Source of the DNA: Macrostomum hystrix
Taxonomy: Eukaryota; Animalia; Platyhelminthes
Reading direction: 5' to 3'
DNA length: 64,000 nucleotides
Assembly (NCBI GenBank): GCA_950097015.1
Contig: CATNEN010000001.1
Coordinates: forward strand, 25,048,001-25,112,000
Shown here in pieces: positions 56,601-64,000 of this stretch. Made by a program: the position numbers and the translations under genes. A model generated the notes under the pieces. It did no database searches, was not told the DNA's origin, and saw only the letters and a program-made list of their open reading frames with translations. Within the stretch, counting starts at the first letter, position 1, and every line of letters starts with the position of its first letter.

Positions 56601-59600
56601 ATAAGGAGAGAGTTGGAGGGGGAGATAAGGAGAGAGTTGGAGGGGGAGATAAGGAGAGAGTGGGAGAGGGAGATAAGGAGAGAGTTTGAGGGAGGATAAG
56701 GAGAGAGTTTGAGGGGGAGATAAGGAGAGAGTTTGAGGGAGATAAGGAGAGAGTTTGAGGGGGAGATAAGGAGAGAGTGGGAGAGGGAGATAAGGAGAAA
56801 GTTGGAGGGGGAGATAAGGAGAGAGTTGGAGGGGGAGATAAGGAGAGAGTTGGAGGGGGAGATAAGGAGAGAGTTGGAGGGGGAGATAAGGAGAGAGTTG
56901 GAGAGAGAGATAAGGAGAGATTTTGAGGGGGGATAAGGAGAGAGTGGGAGAGGGAGATAAGGAGAGAGTTGGAGAGAGACATAAGGAGAGAGTTGGAGGG
57001 GGAGATAAGGAGAGTTGGAGGGGGAGATAAGGAGAGAGTTGGAGGGGGAGATAAGGAGAGAGTTGGAGGGGGAGATAAGGAGAGAGTTGGAGGGGGAGAT
57101 AAGGAGAGAGTTGGAGGGGGAGATAAGGAGAGAGTTGGAGGGGGAGATAAGGAGAGAGTTGGAGGGGGGAGATAAGGAGAGAGTTGGAGGGGGAGATAAG
57201 GAGAGAGTTGGAGGGGGAGATAAGGAGAGAGTGGGAGAGGGAGATAAGGAGAGAGTTTGAGGGAGGATAAGGAGAGAGTTTGAGGGGGAGATAAGGAGAG
57301 AGTTTGAGGGAGATAAGGAGAGAGTTTGAGGGGGAGATAAGGAGAGAGTGGGAGAGGGAGATAAGGAGAAAGTTGGAGGGGGAGATAAGGAGAGAGTTGG
57401 AGGGGGAGATAAGGAGAGAGTTGGAGGGGGAGATAAGGAGAGAGTTGGAGGGGGAGATAAGGAGAGATTTCGAGGGGGGATAAGGAGAGAGTGGGAGAGG
57501 GAGATAAGGAGAGAGTTGGAGAGAGAGATAAGGAGAGATTTTGAGAGGGGATAAGGAGAGTTGGAGGGGGAGATAAGGAGAGAGTTGGAGGGGGAGATAA
57601 GGAGAGAGTTGGAGGGGGAGATAAGGAGAGAGTGGGAGAGGGAGACAAGGAGAGAGTTGGAGGGGGAGATAAGGAGAGAGTTGGAGGGGGAGATAAGGAG
57701 AGATTTTGAGGGGGGATAAGGAGAGAGTTGGAGAGAGAGATAAGGAGAGATTTTGAGGGGGGATAAGGAGAGTTGGAGGGGGAGATAAGGAAAGAGTTGG
57801 AGGGGGAGATAAGGAGAGATTTCGAGGGGGGATAAGGAGAGAGTGGGAGAGGGAGATAAGGAGAGAGTTGGAGAGAGAGATAAGGAGAGAGTTGGAGGGG
57901 GAGATAAGGAGAGTTGGAGGGGGAGATAAGGAGAGAGTTGGAGGGGGAGATAAGGAGAGAGTTGGAGGGGGAGATAAGGAGAGAGTTGGAGGGGGAGATA
58001 AGGAGAGAGTTGGAGGGGGAGATAAGGAGAGAGTTGGAGGGGGAGATAAGGAGAGAGTTGGAGGGGGAGATAAGGAGAGATTTTGAGGGGGGATAAGGAG
58101 AGTTGGAGGGGGAGATAAGGAAAGAGTTGGAGGGGGAGATAAGGAGAGAGTTGGAGGGGGAGATAAGGAGAGAGTTGGAGGGGGAGATAAGGAGAGATTT
58201 CGAGGGGGGATAAGGAGAGAGTGGGAGAGGGAGATAAGGAGAGAGTTGGAGAGAGAGATAAGGACAGATTTTGAGGGGGATAAGGAGAGTTGGAGGGGGA
58301 GATAAGGAGAGAGTTGGAGGGGGAGATAAGGAGAGGGTTGGAGGGGGAGATAAGGAGAGAGTTGGAGGGGGAGATAAGGAGAGATTTTGAGGGGGGATAA
58401 GGAGAGTTGGAGGGGGAGATAAGGAAAGAGTTGGAGGGGGAGATAAGGAGAGAGTTGGAGGGGGAGATAAGGAGAGAGTTGGAGGGGGAGATAAGGAGAG
58501 ATTTCGAGGGGGGATAAGGAGAAAGTGGGAGAGGGAGATAAGGAGAGAGTTGGAGAGAGAGATAAGGAGAGATTTTGAGGGGGAGATAAGGAGAGAGTTG
58601 GAGGGGGAGATAAGGAGAGAGTTGGAGGGGGAGATAAGGAGAGAGTTGGAGGGGGAGATAAGGAGAGAGTTGGATAGAGAGATAAGGAGAGATTTTGAGG
58701 GGGGATAAGGAGAGAGTGGGAGAGGGAGATAAGGAGAGAGTTGGAGAGAGACATAAGGAGAGAGTTGGAGGGGGAGATAAGGAGAGTTGGAGGGGGAGAT
58801 AAGGAGAGAGTTGGAGGGGGAGATAAGGAGAGAGTTGGAGGGGGAGATAAGGAGAGAGTTGGAGGGGGAGATAAGGAGAGAGTTGGAGGGGGAGATAAGG
58901 AGAGAGTTGGAGGGGGAGATAAGGAGAGAGTTGGAGGGGGGAGATAAGGAGAGAGTTGGAGGGGGAGATAAGGAGAGAGTTGGAGGGGGAGATAAGGAGA
59001 GAGTGGGAGAGGGAGATAAGGAGAGAGTTTGAGGGAGGATAAGGAGAGAGTTTGAGGGGGAGATAAGGAGAGAGTTTGAGGGAGATAAGGAGAGAGTTTG
59101 AGGGGGAGATAAGGAGAGAGTGGGAGAGGGAGATAAGGAGAAAGTTGGAGGGGGAGATAAGGAGAGAGTTGGAGGGGGAGATAAGGAGAGAGTTGGAGGG
59201 GGAGATAAGGAGAGAGTTGGAGGGGGGAGATAAGGAGAGAGTTGGAGGGGGAGATAAGGAGAGAGTTGGAGGGGGAGATAAGGAGAGAGTGGGAGAGGGA
59301 GATAAGGAGAGAGTTTGAGGGAGGATAAGGAGAGAGTTTGAGGGGGAGATAAGGAGAGAGTTTGAGGGAGATAAGGAGAGAGTTTGAGGGGGAGATAAGG
59401 AGAGAGTGGGAGAGGGAGATAAGGAGAAAGTTGGAGGGGGAGATAAGGAGAGAGTTGGAGGGGGAGATAAGGAGAGAGTTGGAGGGGGAGATAAGGAGAG
59501 AGTTGGAGGGGGAGATAAGGAGAGATTTCGAGGGGGGATAAGGAGAGAGTGGGAGAGGGAGATAAGGAGAGAGTTGGAGAGAGAGATAAGGAGAGATTTT

Positions 59601-62600
59601 GAGAGGGGATAAGGAGAGTTGGAGGGGTAGATAAGGAGAGAGTTGGAGGGGGAGATAAGGAGAGAGTTGGAGGGGGAGATAAGGAGAGAGTGGGAGAGGG
59701 AGACAAGGAGAGAGTTGGAGGGGGAGATAAGGAGAGAGTTGGAGGGGGAGATAAGGAGAGATTTTGAGGGGGGATAAGGAGAGAGTTGGAGAGAGAGATA
59801 AGGAGAGATTTTGAGGGGGGATAAGGAGAGTTGGAGGGGGAGATAAGGAAAGAGTTGGAGGGGGAGATAAGGAGAGATTTCGAGGGGGGATAAGGAGAGA
59901 GTGGGAGAGGGAGATAAGGAGAGAGTTGGAGAGAGAGATAAGGAGAGAGTTGGAGGGGGAGATAAGGAGAGTTGGAGGGGGAGATAAGGAGAGAGTTGGA
60001 GGGGGAGATAAGGAGAGAGTTGGAGGGGGAGATAAGGAGAGAGTTGGAGGGGGAGATAAGGAGAGAGTTGGAGGGGGAGATAAGGAGAGAGTTGGAGGGG
60101 GAGATAAGGAGAGAGTTGGAGGGGGAGATAAGGAGAGATTTTGAGGGGGGATAAGGAGAGTTGGAGGGGGAGATAAGGAAAGAGTTGGAGGGGGAGATAA
60201 GGAGAGAGTTGGAGGGGGAGATAAGGAGAGAGTTGGAGGGGGAGATAAGGAGAGATTTCGAGGGGGGATAAGGAGAGAGTGGGAGAGGGAGATAAGGAGA
60301 GAGTTGGAGAGAGAGATAAGGACAGATTTTGAGGGGGATAAGGAGAGTTGGAGGGGGAGATAAGGAGAGAGTTGGAGGGGGAGATAAGGAGAGGGTTGGA
60401 GGGGGAGATAAGGAGAGAGTTGGAGGGGGAGATAAGGAGAGATTTTGAGGGGGGATAAGGAGAGTTGGAGGGGGAGATAAGGAAAGAGTTGGAGGGGGAG
60501 ATAAGGAGAGAGTTGGAGGGGGAGATAAGGAGAGAGTTGGAGGGGGAGATAAGGAGAGATTTCGAGGGGGGATAAGGAGAAAGTGGGAGAGGGAGATAAG
60601 GAGAGAGTTGGAGAGAGAGATAAGGAGAGATTTTGAGGGGGAGATAAGGAGAGAGTTGGAGGGGGAGATAAGGAGAGAGTTGGAGGGGGAGATAAGGAGA
60701 GAGTTGGAGGGGGAGATAAGGAGAGAGTTGGAGAGAGAGATAAGGAGAGATTTTGAGGGGGGATAAGGAGAGAGTGGGAGAGGGAGATAAGGAGAGAGTT
60801 GGAGAGAGACATAAGGAGAGAGTTGGAGGGGGAGATAAGGAGAGTTGGAGGGGGAGATAAGGAGAGAGTTGGAGGGGGAGATAAGGAGAGAGTTGGAGGG
60901 GGAGATAAGGAGAGAGTTGGAGGGGGAGATAAGGAGAGAGTTGGAGGGGGAGATAAGGAGAGAGTTGGAGGGGGAGATAAGGAGAGAGTTGGAGGGGGGA
61001 GATAAGGAGAGAGTTGGAGGGGGAGATAAGGAGAGAGTTGGAGGGGGAGATAAGGAGAGAGTGGGAGAGGGAGATAAGGAGAGAGTTTGAGGGAGGATAA
61101 GGAGAGAGTTTGAGGGGGAGATAAGGAGAGAGTTTGAGGGAGATAAGGAGAGAGTTTGAGGGGGAGATAAGGAGAGAGTGGGAGAGGGAGATAAGGAGAA
61201 AGTTGGAGGGGGAGATAAGGAGAGAGTTGGAGGGGGAGATAAGGAGAGAGTTGGAGGGGGAGATAAGGAGAGAGTTGGAGGGGGAGATAAGGAGAGATTT
61301 CGAGGGGGGATAAGGAGAGAGTGGGAGAGGGAGATAAGGAGAGAGTTGGAGAGAGAGATAAGGAGAGATTTTGAGAGGGGATAAGGAGAGTTGGAGGGGG
61401 AGATAAGGAGAGAGTTGGAGGGGGAGATAAGGAGAGAGTTGGAGGGGGAGATAAGGAGAGAGTGGGAGAGGGAGACAAGGAGAGAGTTGGAGGGGGAGAT
61501 AAGGAGAGAGTTGGAGGGGGAGATAAGGAGAGATTTTGAGGGGGGATAAGGAGAGAGTTGGAGAGAGAGATAAGGAGAGATTTTGAGGGGGGATAAGGAG
61601 AGTTGGAGGGGGAGATAAGGAGAGATTTCGAGGGGGGATAAGGAGAGAGTGGGAGAGGGAGATAAGGAGAGAGTTGGAGAGAGAGATAAGGAGAGAGTTG
61701 GAGGGGGAGATAAGGAGAGTTGGAGGGGGAGATAAGGAGAGATTTTGAGGGGGGATAAGGAGAGTTGGAGGGGGAGATAAGGAAAGAGTTGGAGGGGGAG
61801 ATAAGGAGAGAGTTGGAGGGGGAGATAAGGAGAGAGTTGGAGGGGGAGATAAGGAGAGATTTCGAGGGGGGATAAGGAGAGAGTGGGAGAGGGAGATAAG
61901 GAGAGAGTTGGAGAGAGAGATAAGGACAGATTTTGAGGGGGATAAGGAGAGTTGGAGGGGGAGATAAGGATAGAGTTGGAGGGGGAGATAAGGAGAGGGT
62001 TGGAGGGGGAGATAAGGAGAGAGTTGGAGGGGGAGATAAGGAGAGATTTTGAGGGGGGATAAGGAGAGTTGGAGGGGGAGATAAGGAAAGAGTTGGAGGG
62101 GGAGATAAGGAGAGAGTTGGAGGGGGAGATAAGGAGAGAGTTGGAGGGGGAGATAAGGAGAGATTTCGAGGGGGGATAAGGAGAAAGTGGGAGAGGGAGA
62201 TAAGGAGAGAGTTGGAGAGAGAGATAAGGAGAGATTTTGAGGGGGAGATAAGGAGAGAGTTGGAGGGGGAGATAAGGAGAGAGTTGGAGGGGGAGATAAG
62301 GAGAGAGTTGGAGGGGGAGATAAGGAGAGAGTTGGAGAGAGAGATAAGGAGAGATTTTGAGGGGGGATAAGGAGAGAGTGGGAGAGGGAGATAAGGAGAG
62401 AGTTGGAGAGAGACATAAGGAGAGAGTTGGAGGGGGAGATAAGGAGAGTTGGAGGGGGAGATAAGGAGAGAGTTGGAGGGGGAGATAAGGAGAGAGTTGG
62501 AGGGGGAGATAAGGAGAGAGTTGGAGGGGGAGATAAGGAGAGAGTTGGAGGGGGAGATAAGGAGAGAGTTGGAGGGGGAGATAAGGAGAGAGTTGGAGGG

Positions 62601-64000
62601 GGAGATAAGGAGAGATTTCGAGGGGGGATAAGGAGAGAGTGGGAGAGGGAGATAAGGAGAGAGTTGGAGAGAGAGATAAGGAGAGAGTTGGAGGGGGAGA
62701 TAAGGAGAGAGTTGGAGGGGGAGATAAGGAGAGAGTTGGAGGGGGAGATAAGGAGAGAGTTGGAGGGGGAGATAAGGAGAGAGTTGGAGGGGGAGATAAG
62801 GAGAGAGTTGGAGGGGGGATAAGGAGAGTTGGAGGGGGAGATAAGGAAAGAGTTGGAGGGGGAGATAAGGAGAGAGTTGGAGGGGGAGATAAGGAGAGAG
62901 TTGGAGGGGGAGATAAGGAGAGATTTCGAGGGGGGATAAGGAGAGAGTGGGAGAGGGAGATAAGGAGAGAGTTGGAGAGAGAGATAAGGAGAGATTTTGA
63001 GGGGGAGATAAGGAGAGAGTTGGAGGGGGAGATAAGGAGAGAGTTGGAGGGGGAGATAAGGAGAGAGTTGGAGGGGGAGATAAGGAGAGAGTTGGAGAGG
63101 GAGATAAGGAGAGATTTTGAGGGGGGATAAGGAGAGAGTGGGAGAGGGAGATAAGGAGAGAGTTGGAGAGAGACATAAGGAGAGAGTTGGAGGGGGAGAT
63201 AAGGAGAGTTGGAGGGGGAGATAAGGAGAGATTTCGAGGGGGGATAAGGAGAGAGTGGGAGAGGGAGATAAGGAGAGAGTTGGAGAGAGAGATAAGGAGA
63301 GATTTTGAGGGGGGATAAGGAGAGAGTGGGAGAGGGAGATAAGGAGAGAGTTGGAGAGAGACATAAGGAGAGAGTTGGAGGGGGAGATAAGGAGAGTTGG
63401 AGGGGGAGATAAGGAGAGATTTCGAGGGGGATAAGGAGAGAGTGGGAGAGGGAGATAAGGAGAGAGTTGGAGAGAGAGATAAGGAGAGATTTTGAGGGGG
63501 AGATAAGGAGAGAGTTGGAGGGGGAGATAAGGAGAGAGTTGGAGGGGGAGATAAGGAGAGAGTTGGAGGGGGAGATAAGGAGAGATTTCGAGGGGGGATA
63601 AGGAGAGAGTGGGAGAGGGAGATAAGGAGAGAGTTGGAGAGAGAGATAAGGAGAGAGTTGGAGGGGGAGATAAGGAGAGAGTTGGAGGGGGAGATAAGGA
63701 GAGAGTTGGAGGGGGAGATAAGGAGAGAGTTGGAGGGGGAGATAAGGAGAGAGTTGGAGGGGGAGATAAGGAGAGAGTTGGAGAGAGATATAAGGAGAGA
63801 TTTTGAGGGGGGATAAGGAGAGAGTTGGAGGGGGAGATAAGGAGAGAGTTGGAGGGGGAGATAAGGAGAGATTTTGAGGGGGGATAAGGAGAGTTGGAGG
63901 GGGAGATAAGGAAAGAGTTGGAGGGGGAGATAAGGAGAGAGTTGGAGGGGGAAATAAGGAGAGAGTTGGAGGGGGAGATAAGGAGAGAGTTGGAGGGGGA
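50695..64000. repeat. 24-bp purine-rich satellite (GAGATAAGGAGAGAGTTGGAGGGG)n, more than 13.3 kb, with ~1.77-kb higher-order repeats; runs off the window
   Basis: 24-nt period (8-aa translations VGGGDKER / LEGEIRRE). Rare variants recur at 1768-1772-nt offsets. Confidence 0.98.

Noticed and set aside
50574-63364. 3000-4257-aa ORFs on the minus strand and many short ORFs on the plus strand
   Set aside because: All three minus frames are open only because the C/T-rich satellite strand lacks stop codons, and indels switch frames freely. Not coding.

Overview
Eukaryotic (metazoan) genomic DNA with GT-AG introns and no prokaryotic features. The mix of GC-rich exons, exon-flanking intronic minisatellites and gene content resembles a free-living flatworm such as Macrostomum (inference, not verified). 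I reconstructed these genes by hand from splice sites and reading-frame phase: a tensin-like SH2-PTB gene (3' part, +), a two-exon rhodopsin-class GPCR with a polyQ loop (-), a 9-exon MFSD4-like MFS transporter (+), a low-complexity acidic/Q/RS nuclear protein (-), a secreted fibrinogen-domain protein with two copies of an unrecognised N-terminal domain (-), a small secreted WSC protein (-), a divergent multi-pass transporter (+), an intronless MATH-BTB gene (+) and the first exons of a laminin-G protein (+). Mobile DNA comprises an intact RTE-clade non-LTR retrotransposon (8-bp TSD, six 17-bp 5' repeats, hairpin abutting the ATG), about 10 copies of one structured tRNA-derived SINE, and a second SINE with a MIR-like CORE domain that occurs as a tandem trimer. 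There are eight minisatellites, one of them an array of 3'-splice-site look-alikes. The last 13.3 kb is a 24-bp purine-rich satellite with ~1.77-kb higher-order repeats. The giant ORFs in the repeats are artefacts.
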